DNA of 20,000 bases from an uncultured virus (IMG/VR IMGVR_UViG_3300021843_000436) (IMGVR_UViG_3300021843_000436); one strand, 5' to 3'. Shown: positions 1-7,718, counted from the first letter of the stretch. A program made the numbers and translations. The notes: generated from the letters alone by a model not told the origin.

Positions 1-159
1 ACACTCCCTATGGGTCCTCATGATCCTCTTCAGAGCAGCATCATAGCTCTCCCTTTTATGAGCCAAATCAGCTAACTCATCTCTGGTGTCAAAGGACACT
101 TCTATGCTAGTCCTGGGGCCTCTAGGCTCCAGGGCGGTGGGTTTATCTTTGGTAGTCAA
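1..159 (-). CDS. Small ribbon-helix-helix-like DNA-binding protein (3' end runs off the window; not in the ORF track)
   Basis: Open frame from TTG at 159, with GGAGGT 7 nt upstream (alternative GTG at 180): MTTKDKPTALEPRGPRTSIEVSFDTRDELADLAHKRESYDAALKRIMRTHREC. TSIEVSxxTRxxLxxL...ESYDxxLxR matches the pattern of archaeal RHH/antitoxin-like proteins. Confidence 0.7.
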   Translation of the reverse strand, partial: MTTKDKPTALEPRGPRTSIEVSFDTRDELADLAHKRESYDAALKRIMRTHREC

Positions 160-193
160 TGTTTTGACCTCCACATCCACAGAGACACCCTTC

Positions 194-245
194 CTATATA
201 AGTTTTATGGAAACTATGGCATAGCTGGAAAAAGCTCAAATACAC
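194..245. promoter_or_regulatory. Divergent promoter region with an operator-like variant (minus strand CCATAG-TTT-CCATAA, 205-219)
   Basis: Minus strand reads ccatagtttccataaaacttatatagg (TATA-like TTATATA). Plus strand has AAAAGCTCAAATAC about 25 nt before the ATG at 267, resembling AAAAGCTATAAATAC at 1345. Confidence 0.5.
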
Positions 246-266
246 TTAATTCCTATAGAATAGCTG

Positions 267-917
267 ATGACACGAACTGATGAAAATTTTAATGTGCTTC
301 AGGAGACTGTGCCACATGGGATCTCAGCCTCCAGAATCCATGCCTGGATGTTTTGCTCCAGGAGCCACCAGCTGAAATATGACATGGGCCTCCCAGGAAT
401 CACAGGACCTGCAGCCAGGATAGGTGTGAAGATGCATGATAGAATAGCCCAGGCCCTGCAAAATGGCACTGAGCCCCATCTGCCCGGTAAATGGCTGGCC
501 AACTATCATGAGATGTGCCAGGACCTGCAGCTCTCAGATAACCTGCTGATAGAAAAGCAACTGGAGGGGCAGGCCCAGGGAGAGGCCATCCTGGGCTATT
601 TGGATTTGATAGACCTTGATCAATGTTTCATCTTAGACTGGAAGACTGGCAAAGTGCATGGCTATCCTGTCCAGGCTTACATCTATAGCATGCTGGTGGA
701 TCAGCTCCTGGGTGAGCCTTTGCCCATGTATTATGCTTACATCAAGCATGGAAAATTGATCCCCACCACTAAGGAAGATTTGATCAAAGGGAGAAGAATC
801 TTCCAGAGATTTGTTAATCGCGACTCCAGATATTTACCATGTTTTAATGGCGAATCCAATAAGTGCTTAAAATGCAGCTACAGGGTGCCCTGTGCTATGG
901 TTTGTCAGGGCCTTTAG
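267..917 (+). CDS. Cas4/AddB/RecB-like PD-(D/E)XK nuclease with probable Fe-S cysteines
   Basis: ISASRI..FCSR N-terminus, G..MH, E..L.G....G.LDL..DWKTG, Q..IY, and C-terminal CLKCSYRVPC cluster. Confidence 0.85.
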   Translation: MTRTDENFNVLQETVPHGISASRIHAWMFCSRSHQLKYDMGLPGITGPAARIGVKMHDRIAQALQNGTEPHLPGKWLANYHEMCQDLQLSDNLLIEKQLEGQAQGEAILGYLDLIDLDQCFILDWKTGKVHGYPVQAYIYSMLVDQLLGEPLPMYYAYIKHGKLIPTTKEDLIKGRRIFQRFVNRDSRYLPCFNGESNKCLKCSYRVPCAMVCQGL

Positions 918-1016
918 GCCCTTCTTCCTTTTCTCTGTGTGACTTTTTGATAATTAGGCCAAACCTCCAGATGGATTCCTGGAGGCCAGGTATAAAAACC
1001 AGCATCAGTGATGGCC

Positions 1017-1324
1017 TGGCAGGGGTCAAACATCGAACTTTACGGAGTTCACACCGTTATTTCGATATGCAGAGACACCTGGCGGGGGTGGCAGGGGTAC
1101 CCCTCCCCTAACCTTTACTATACTCTCCCTCCTATACTATTTTCCTTACTCTTCTAATAGAGGAGGGGTACCCCTGCCATGTCTGCCAGGCAGCTCCTGT
1201 TATTGAAATAACGACGTGAACTGTGTAAAACCTAGAGATTGACCCCTGCCAATAGATAGCAATAGACACTATTTTGATTTAGAATAAAATTTGCCCCGCC
1301 CTTTCTGGCAGGGGTGGCAGGGGT
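1017..1324. repeat. 93-bp imperfect inverted repeat (1017-1109 / 1159-1251) with TGGCAGGGGT iterons; candidate replication origin
   Basis: The arms align without gaps (68/93 identical by hand count). TGGCAGGGGT at 1017, 1089, 1306 and 1315 (+) and 1170, 1242 (-), with a variant at 1080. Palindrome AGGGGTACCCCT at 1093 and 1164. The spacer 1110-1158 has no G on the + strand. Confidence 0.85.
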
Positions 1325-1344
1325 GGTCCTCAAAGACTTTTCTA

Positions 1345-1383
1345 AAAAGCTATAAATACCATAGTAACTATGGTATAAGTGGA
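1345..1383 (+). promoter_or_regulatory. Archaeal promoter with operator palindrome (copy 1)
   Basis: AAAAGC TATAAATA CCATAG-TAA-CTATGG TATAAGTGGA; ATG at 1389. Confidence 0.85.
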
Positions 1384-1388
1384 TAGCT

Positions 1389-1523
1389 ATGAAAGCATGC
1401 ATTGGCTGTGGAAGGGATATGACCACCAAGAAAATTGAAGGCTGGGTCCCTGGGAAGGGATTCCTGTGCAATGAATGTATTCAGAAAACTGACGCGAAGG
1501 AGGCAATCCATGCCCATTGGTAA
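1389..1523 (+). CDS. Small CxxC...CxxC zinc-finger protein, 44 aa (not in the ORF track)
   Basis: MKACIGCGRDMTTKKIEGWVPGKGFLCNECIQKTDAKEAIHAHW; lies directly downstream of promoter copy 1 and overlaps the start of the next gene. Confidence 0.75.
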   Translation: MKACIGCGRDMTTKKIEGWVPGKGFLCNECIQKTDAKEAIHAHW

Positions 1524-1803
1524 AAAGATATTATTTCCTCATGGGAAGACGGTGATCACTCCTGCAGCTCTGGAGGTCCTGCAGGAGCTGGACATCATCC
1601 AGCTCCTGGGATGGCACCTAACTGGAGACTGGAGTCAGATGTCTGAGGCTGACAGGGCTGCTAATGCCCAGGCCCTGGAGAATGGCTCCAGGATCTTCAG
1701 CTCCTATGAGGTGAAGGGCCAAAACATCTGGGTCATCACTGATGCTGTGGGTGAGGATGGACAGAGGGCTAGCACCTGCATTCTATTGCCTGGAGAATAC
1801 TGA
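1510..1803 (+). CDS. Conserved plasmid/phage-associated hypothetical protein (GDW...D..AN..AL...RI.S.Y...T.ILLP.EY family); likely start 1510 rather than 1435
   Basis: Characteristic motifs FPHGKTVITPAA, H..GDW, IWVIT and TCILLPGEY. GGAGG precedes the ATG at 1510. Confidence 0.75.
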   Translation: MPIGKKILFPHGKTVITPAALEVLQELDIIQLLGWHLTGDWSQMSEADRAANAQALENGSRIFSSYEVKGQNIWVITDAVGEDGQRASTCILLPGEY

Positions 1804-1960
1804 ATTGATCTAATATACTAGAGAAAGGAAAAGGTGATTTGAGGGAATTGTTGATGAGTTATGATGTATCTTCTGGTGTTTTTTGCACTCAATTGATTGA
1901 AGTGATACTATTTTAGGAAAAGCATGATCCCCAAGTAAAACGGAAGGATTTGAATTAAAT

Positions 1961-3082
1961 TCATAAAATTGGAATGTCAGATTTTTTCAATCCATCTTTT
2001 GTTTTGAAATATTCTGAAAGCTCTCCGTTTCTGATGAATTCCCTCGATTTGCTGAATTCATTAGAACTTTGATAGTATTCATGAAGCCGATTTGCTGAAT
2101 TGAACACTTGATTTGGGTATTCTTCACAGCAATCGCTATAAGAAGCTATGAAATCGTCTGTATTTTTGCCCTTGCATATAGGGCAGTCACAATTTAATGA
2201 AGTTCCAAAATCTATCCAATCTTGGAATCTATGGAAAGCTAAAGGAATTGGATCAAAGCGTTTCGTAGATCCTATTGGTTTAGGACTGAGTATTTCGCTT
2301 CCTGTTCTTGGAGGAACATAACGGCCAATTCTTACGCTAAAAGAGTCTATACCCCATTTCTGCAGTAAATGCATGGTCGATGTAGGATTTGTCCTAGCGA
2401 GTTCACGAGGAACTCCTGACATTTGGAGAAGCACATTAGTCTCTCTATTTTCCCATAGGAGGCGATAATTTTGAACATTTTTATGGATTGGTCTGTATAT
2501 TAATCCAATAGTATGTATTTGATCTGTCTCAGAATGTTCTAGTAATGCCAAGAACCTTTCATGAAAAACATCGATATCAAGCCCCATATCCAAATAGATT
2601 AACGGTTCTCGATTCTCTGACAAGACTTCTTCAGCAAAACTTTCTGCAATTTCTTCAAAATCTGGCGCAGAAGGAGGAATATTTGGTATGCTGATAAAAT
2701 CCAGATTGCTCATACGTTGAAGCTCTAATAATTGCTTGATACTGCTATCATTTAGATTTGTGCTGGACGGCAGCTGTGGGTAATATCGTTTTATTGTATA
2801 ATCCATTTTATCTGAATAGAAGTCTATAGTCCTTTTCCTGTTATAAAAAGACCCATTTTCTTCCATGAATTTTTTCCAGTTATCACTATAAAATTGTCCG
2901 ACAATTTCAGATAATTCATTATCCAAAGGCGGTTCAAAAGGTAACTTAGCTTTATATTGGAATTCGGATGAAGTTACCGCCCTGTTGGGTGTCTTAAAGG
3001 TGCCACGATCTGTAATTATAGATAACGCTCTCCCTCCAAAACGATCTAATTCACCCTCAATAGATATACGTGTGATTCTCAT
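1961..3082 (-). CDS. Divergent tRNA-guanine transglycosylase (TGT)-fold protein with Zn site; likely start 3082 (MRITRISIEG)
   Basis: N-terminal TDRGTFKTP resembles TGT TPHGxIxTP; GIDSFS corresponds to TGT GxDMFD; C-terminal CDCPIC...H Zn motif. The ATG overlaps the upstream stop (TAATG). Confidence 0.65.
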   Translation of the reverse strand: MRITRISIEGELDRFGGRALSIITDRGTFKTPNRAVTSSEFQYKAKLPFEPPLDNELSEIVGQFYSDNWKKFMEENGSFYNRKRTIDFYSDKMDYTIKRYYPQLPSSTNLNDSSIKQLLELQRMSNLDFISIPNIPPSAPDFEEIAESFAEEVLSENREPLIYLDMGLDIDVFHERFLALLEHSETDQIHTIGLIYRPIHKNVQNYRLLWENRETNVLLQMSGVPRELARTNPTSTMHLLQKWGIDSFSVRIGRYVPPRTGSEILSPKPIGSTKRFDPIPLAFHRFQDWIDFGTSLNCDCPICKGKNTDDFIASYSDCCEEYPNQVFNSANRLHEYYQSSNEFSKSREFIRNGELSEYFKTKDGLKKSDIPIL

Positions 3083-4044
3083 TATGCCCTCTTCCGTGCC
3101 CAATTAGGAAGCACCTTTTCTTTTATTCTAGATTCTATAGTATAGCCTTGATATTTCTTATAGACATCTTTTAGAATACCATCATTTCCAAGCTCATCCA
3201 CACCTCTTCTCCATGAACGTAGGTCTTCTTTCAAAGCATCTGGCAATGAATTATAAATTCTTCCAGCCTCCATTTTTCCCTTCTCTGTAAGGATGAAGCT
3301 TTCTTTATCAGATGAACGCTTCCCCTTTATAATGATTAAACCTTGCCGCTCTAAGGAATATAATGATTGATCTATATCAAAACTATAAGGGCCATAATAG
3401 TAGGGAATAAAATTTGGGGATATTGCAGGGACATTAAATTCCCTGAGTTTTTCTTTAAATAATAAGAATGATGCTTTCATAAGGCTGATAGCCCCTTTGA
3501 CCGGTCTTTTTGATGAACATAGCAGCACTAGAATAAGCTCTGTCGGATCAAGCGGGCGAATGCTAAATCCTTTTAAAATTTCTCTAATTTTTGGGAGCGA
3601 TTTCTCACTAAAATAAACCATTCCACAATTAGGGCATCCAAATCCGTCGAACTCTCCAAATACCTCTCCTGATATCTCTAAAGGGTATATGCCAGGCTGC
3701 AAGTTTGCTTTTTCGCATCGAGAGCACAAGTCTTTTCGTCTATTTCGTCGCATGTACCGGTTTTGGCGATAAATTTTATCTTTTACTGAATGGTTGTTGT
3801 TACCTTCTTTCCATGTTGTTATAACATTGAAATGACATGGCTTATTGTCCGCTATTACAACGACACATCCTTGCTGATACTTATCACCATCGCCATTATC
3901 ATTATTTGATTTCGTTCCACTAACTATGGCATCCCTTATATCCCCCTCGCTTAAGCTATCATTAATCATTTCAATTATAGCATGGAAAGATAAACTGAGT
4001 TGGCATCTGATTTTCTCTACAGCAATCTGGCTTTCGAGATGCAT
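3082..4044 (-). CDS. Three-domain fusion: DUF4258-like domain, YgiT/MqsA-type Zn ribbon, and SocA/Panacea/YwgA-like winged helix
   Basis: SFHAIIEM..DSLSEGDIRDAI..G...VITTW; CSRC...GCPNCGMVYFSEKS; VKG...LMKASFLL...FIPYYYGPYSFDI...L...GLI...FILTEKG. Confidence 0.7.
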   Translation of the reverse strand: MHLESQIAVEKIRCQLSLSFHAIIEMINDSLSEGDIRDAIVSGTKSNNDNGDGDKYQQGCVVVIADNKPCHFNVITTWKEGNNNHSVKDKIYRQNRYMRRNRRKDLCSRCEKANLQPGIYPLEISGEVFGEFDGFGCPNCGMVYFSEKSLPKIREILKGFSIRPLDPTELILVLLCSSKRPVKGAISLMKASFLLFKEKLREFNVPAISPNFIPYYYGPYSFDIDQSLYSLERQGLIIIKGKRSSDKESFILTEKGKMEAGRIYNSLPDALKEDLRSWRRGVDELGNDGILKDVYKKYQGYTIESRIKEKVLPNWARKRA

Positions 4045-4349
4045 CGGAACTCGTGAATACTCTCCTACTATTTATCCTCATTCAATGATTTCATTGCGAC
4101 ACCTTTTTCATTCTCATTTCATATAACAACCCCTTCCACTCAATTTGCGTTTTAGTATTCTATGGAAAGAGAGGAAGGCTACGGGTTTAAAAGCGTAAGT
4201 CTCATGCGCGAAAGTCCTTACCTATCCGATTTTTAAAAACCCTATGGCACCAGCACAGGATAACTGCTACCACGCTTGATTTCTCTCATAAGAATGTAAA
4301 GCACATAATGGCTAGGTTTTGTATGGAGCATAAGTTCTTTAATGCAAAC

Positions 4350-4385
4350 CTATAAATACCATAGTTTCTATGGAATAAGTGGAGG
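4350..4385 (+). promoter_or_regulatory. Archaeal promoter with operator palindrome (copy 2)
   Basis: C TATAAATA CCATAG-TTT-CTATGG AATAAGT GGAGG; 31/34 identical to 1350-1383; ATG at 4393. Confidence 0.85.
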
Positions 4386-4392
4386 CCATAGC

Positions 4393-4758
4393 ATGGACAT
4401 TAAGGCATTCACTACCTATCTAAAAGCCAGTCAGCTTGGAAGCCTGCTGGATGAAGCCTATGGAGCTGGGAAAACTGAGTCTGAGGCACCCAGGCTCTTT
4501 GCCGTTTATGAAAGCTACCAGAAGGGAGACCTGAATCTCCAGGAGATGGCAAAGGAGATGAATCTCACCACTCTGGGTCTGGATTCTGAGAAGATTAAAA
4601 GATGGCTCCCTAAGCTGGTGCCCAGACATGCCCTTGGCTGCAAGGTCCAGGTAGTGGAGATCACTCCCAGGACTAAAGGCTTTGAAGATGAGGCAAAGGA
4701 CTGGGCAGCCAGAGGTGGCCAAATCAAGGACATTAAGGGAGGAGAGCTAACAATATGA
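4393..4758 (+). CDS. Hypothetical protein, possible HTH; likely start 4393 rather than 4342
   Basis: GGAGG before ATG 4393; the 4342 start would run through the promoter. SYQKGDLNLQEMAKEMNLT resembles a UPF0175-like HTH. Confidence 0.65.
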   Translation: MDIKAFTTYLKASQLGSLLDEAYGAGKTESEAPRLFAVYESYQKGDLNLQEMAKEMNLTTLGLDSEKIKRWLPKLVPRHALGCKVQVVEITPRTKGFEDEAKDWAARGGQIKDIKGGELTI

Positions 4759-5288
4759 AACAACTCACTGAGACTGATGCAAAGGTTTTGGCTGGCATAA
4801 GTGGAGCAAAGGTCATTGTGGAGGTCATTGCTGCCTCTGAGCAGCCAACTGAACCTCTTTTTATGAGGCTTCACTATGTCAATAACAGAGAGGGCCAGGA
4901 GTTTTATCAGAAGGAGCCCATGATCCTGGTGCCTCTGGACTATCTGGTGGAGAAAATTAACTATGCCTGCTTTATGTCTGCAGCCCTGGGAGCTGACATC
5001 CTTCTCCAGGTCTCTGGACCAAAGGGATTCACAGATGAGCTGGAGGCTGCTTTTAAGTCTCTGGTGCCTCTCATGAGCCAGCAGTATGGTCTGACTGTAA
5101 TGGACACTTTCACTGAAGAAGTCCAGGAAGAGGACCCCTCTGCTGAAGCTCAGAGGCTGGGCAGGGAGATAGTGGAGAAGGCTCTGGGAAGGAGACTCCC
5201 TCCAGGAGCTGAGGTCCAGATCCTTAAGCTCACAGGAAGCCAGCAGGGAGGCCACTGTGACTGTCCAGATTGTGCTGGCCACAGATAA
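4755..5288 (+). CDS. Hypothetical protein with C-terminal HCDCPDC metal-binding motif
   Basis: ATGA overlap with the upstream gene, purine-rich RBS, backbone-like codon usage. Confidence 0.75.
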   Translation: MKQLTETDAKVLAGISGAKVIVEVIAASEQPTEPLFMRLHYVNNREGQEFYQKEPMILVPLDYLVEKINYACFMSAALGADILLQVSGPKGFTDELEAAFKSLVPLMSQQYGLTVMDTFTEEVQEEDPSAEAQRLGREIVEKALGRRLPPGAEVQILKLTGSQQGGHCDCPDCAGHR

Positions 5289-6933
5289 GCTGGTCAGGAA
5301 TTATCTGATCGTAAGAGGTCAGGAAGATGAGATCTGGAAAGCCAAATCTCATCTTTCCAGGCTGGGCTTTGTTTGGCAGCCTGATAAGAAATACTGGTTT
5401 AGGCTCTTTGATTTAGAGATCGTCAGAAAGCTGATGGACTGGAAACAGGCTGATCTGACTCCTAAACTGCTGAAGTTCTATCAGACAGAGACTATGAAGA
5501 ATACTCCCACCAGGGAGTTTGTTAGCACTTTCAGGCCAGACATGCTGATGACATATCAAATCCAGGGAGTGGAGACAGCACAGAAGGCAGGAAATTTCCT
5601 CTTTGCTGATGACATGGGCCTGGGAAAGACAGCTCAGACTTTGAAAATAGCAGAGGAGCTGGGCTGCAGAACCCTGGTCATCTGCCCCAGCACTTTGGTG
5701 GATGAATGGGGCTCCCAGATAAAGAAGTTTACTGAGTCCGAGACCGTCCTCATTAAGGGCTCCTGGCCCGTCAGAGCAAAGCTTTGGGAGGTCTGGAAGT
5801 CCTGTCATCCAGTTCATTATGTGGTCATGTCCTGGGACAGCCTGAGGAATAAGAAGGATCTGGCTTCTGCTCAGGATTACTGCAGGGATGGCCTCATCAT
5901 CTTTGATGAGATTACAAAGGGAAAGAATGCCCAGGCTCAGAGGTCAAAGGCTGCAGCTTCTCTGAAGGCCAGGAGGGTCCTGGGGATCACTGGCTCTCCA
6001 ATTGAGAATAATTTAAAAGAGCTGTGGCACATTTTGAGACTGGTCAGGCCAGAGCTTTTCCCTAACTATGAGAGGTTTGCTAACACCTTCATGATTCTGG
6101 AAGAGAAAAACTTTGGTGGCTATAACTTCAAGGACATTGTAGGCTATAAAAATCTGGATGTACTGAAGCAGATCATAGCTCCCTATTATATCAGGAGACT
6201 CAGGACAGAGGTCCTGCAGCTGCCACCCAGCAGCACTGTGGTTAGAAGAGTGGATCTATCAGATCAGCAGCAGGAGATAGAGCAGCTCCTTTTGAAAGCT
6301 TCTCAGGAGGCTTTTAATATGGATAGGATGGAGCTGGTGCTGAAATACTTCACCTATGGGATGGAGAATTTCATCAGCCCCTGCCTGCTCCCACAGGGAT
6401 GGACTCCAGATGAGAACCTTCTGCAGGAGGAGCAGCTCTTAAAACTCATTCAGGAGGCTTCAAAGGACCCCACTCCCAGGGAGTCTGAGGTCCTGGAAAT
6501 CCTGAAGGAATCCAGCCCTAACAAAATCATAGTCTTCTCAGGCTTCAAAAAGGCTCTGGAGAGACTGGCTGGTTTTGTCCAAGAGCCTATCTCCTGGCTG
6601 ACCTCTGGGGTGGATGTCCAGGCTGAGCTGGCCACCTGGAAGGGAGAGGGCTCCAGGCTGCTTTTCATGACATCTGCAGGAGCTATGGGTCATAATCTTC
6701 AGGAGCAGTGCTCCATGATGGTGGTCCTCAGCTCCCTGCATAACCCCAGGATGATGGACCAGCTCCTAGCCAGGATCTCCAGAATGGGCCAGAAGAAGCC
6801 TGTCACCTACTATGTTCTGGATTCTGACAGCCAAATAGAGCAGAAGCTCCATGTAAACACTGCAGAGAAGAATGAGCTATCTGAGAATGTTTTCAGGAAT
6901 ACTGATCTGGCAAAGATGGTGATGTGCCAATGA
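5257..6933 (+). CDS. SNF2/SWI2-family (SF2) helicase/ATPase
   Basis: YQ..GV, ADDMGLGKT (Walker A), LVICPSTL..W, IIFDEITK (Walker B variant), ITGSPIENNLKELW, YYIRRLR, KIIVFS, SAGAMGHNLQ, QLLARISRMGQ. N-terminal LGFVWQPDKKYW domain. Confidence 0.93.
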   Translation: MTVQIVLATDKLVRNYLIVRGQEDEIWKAKSHLSRLGFVWQPDKKYWFRLFDLEIVRKLMDWKQADLTPKLLKFYQTETMKNTPTREFVSTFRPDMLMTYQIQGVETAQKAGNFLFADDMGLGKTAQTLKIAEELGCRTLVICPSTLVDEWGSQIKKFTESETVLIKGSWPVRAKLWEVWKSCHPVHYVVMSWDSLRNKKDLASAQDYCRDGLIIFDEITKGKNAQAQRSKAAASLKARRVLGITGSPIENNLKELWHILRLVRPELFPNYERFANTFMILEEKNFGGYNFKDIVGYKNLDVLKQIIAPYYIRRLRTEVLQLPPSSTVVRRVDLSDQQQEIEQLLLKASQEAFNMDRMELVLKYFTYGMENFISPCLLPQGWTPDENLLQEEQLLKLIQEASKDPTPRESEVLEILKESSPNKIIVFSGFKKALERLAGFVQEPISWLTSGVDVQAELATWKGEGSRLLFMTSAGAMGHNLQEQCSMMVVLSSLHNPRMMDQLLARISRMGQKKPVTYYVLDSDSQIEQKLHVNTAEKNELSENVFRNTDLAKMVMCQ

Positions 6934-7718
6934 AAGGCAGCTATGTGATGCTGTTGCCTCAGAGGAAAGGGAATATCCTCCTCCCTCTGGAGGTGGCCCA
7001 GAAGCTCCAGGATCTGCCAGTCCATGACGAACATGGACAGAAGGTGGGCTTCATTCAGGAGGTCAGGAAGGGCCAGAATGAGGGATACTGGGAAGCAGTG
7101 GTCAAAGTCACCAGCCCTGCATTCATGGATAGGGTGGGCTTTTCTGTGGCTGACCTTTCTCCTATTTTCGATATGCAGAGCACCAAATATGATCTAATGA
7201 TCGAAGAGGTGGCCCTGGTCTCAAAATATGACCAGCTGGATGAGGCCACAAAGGAAGGAGACCAGAACTCTATCAAAGTCCTTGAAAATGAGATCAAATC
7301 TCATGAGAGAAAGCAAAAACGACTGCAGCAGAAGCAGCAGCAGATAAAATCAAGTCCAATGTTTAAGGGAGGAATTATTAAAATGGCGGAAGGAAAATCA
7401 GTCATGTATCTATCACAGAAGACTTTGAGAAGTGTCACAGAAAGACCAACAAACCCACTGGCAGCCAGCCTGTTTTCAGAGTGTTGCGCTGAAGTGGTGA
7501 AGCTTCTGGGCACTGCTGCTGTGGTGGCCTCCAATGAGGATGACCTCACCATCTTAAAACCCTCCCATGTGGCCAGGGGCCTGCAGATGGTCCTGCCAAA
7601 GAATGTGGCCAATGAGATCATCAGGGATGTTTTCAAGGGCAAAGTACCTGACGCCCTTATTGAAACCCTAACAAGGGAGCAGCCTTTGACAGTTAAGCCA
7701 GCTCAGAGGAGTGAGTGA
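6930..7718 (+). CDS. Multidomain protein: possible prohead-protease-like N-terminus, coiled coil and C-terminal histone-fold-like domain
   Basis: ATGA overlap with the SNF2 stop. N-terminus has PVHDEH..VG..GFSV..IEEVALV. C-terminus YLSQKTLRSV..AASLFSECCAEVVKLLGTAAVVASNEDDLTILKPSHVARGL follows histone-fold helix spacing. In-frame internal ATG at 7383 with GGAGG upstream. Confidence 0.55.
   Translation: MKGSYVMLLPQRKGNILLPLEVAQKLQDLPVHDEHGQKVGFIQEVRKGQNEGYWEAVVKVTSPAFMDRVGFSVADLSPIFDMQSTKYDLMIEEVALVSKYDQLDEATKEGDQNSIKVLENEIKSHERKQKRLQQKQQQIKSSPMFKGGIIKMAEGKSVMYLSQKTLRSVTERPTNPLAASLFSECCAEVVKLLGTAAVVASNEDDLTILKPSHVARGLQMVLPKNVANEIIRDVFKGKVPDALIETLTREQPLTVKPAQRSE

Larger units (their letters stand above)
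1804..4330 (-). other. Horizontally acquired AT-rich two-gene cassette in opposite orientation (boundaries approximate)
   Basis: Abrupt drop in GC, frequent CpG unlike the flanks, and opposite strand. No terminal repeats or target-site duplication recognised. Confidence 0.8.

Noticed and set aside
86..280. 64-aa + strand ORF; also 863-1111 and 1232-1471
   Set aside because: They overlap the better-supported RHH-like gene, promoters or the repeat element, and have no protein-like features.
964..985. CCTCCAG/CTGGAGG hairpin after the Cas4-like gene
   Set aside because: Only a 7-bp stem, built from a word that is very common in this genome.
918..1340. CRISPR mini-array next to the Cas4-like gene
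   Set aside because: The repeats are inverted or 10-bp iterons with irregular spacing; there is no direct repeat-spacer periodicity.
1961..3082. Canonical tgt/arcTGT/dpdA assignment
   Set aside because: The DSGG motif and the catalytic Asp of DMFD are not seen, and no preQ0 pathway genes are in the window.
1804..4330. IS element or transposon
   Set aside because: No transposase, terminal inverted repeats or target-site duplication recognised.
4515..5282. 255-aa minus-strand ORF and other antisense ORFs in the track (e.g. 5413-5817, 12309-12689, 13387-13896)
   Set aside because: They shadow well-supported + strand genes and show no motifs; they are most likely by-products of codon bias.
7166..7180. 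15-bp exact match (TTTCGATATGCAGAG) to 1060-1074 in the inverted-repeat arm
   Set aside because: A single 15-mer match within 20 kb is plausible by chance, and this one lies inside a coding region.
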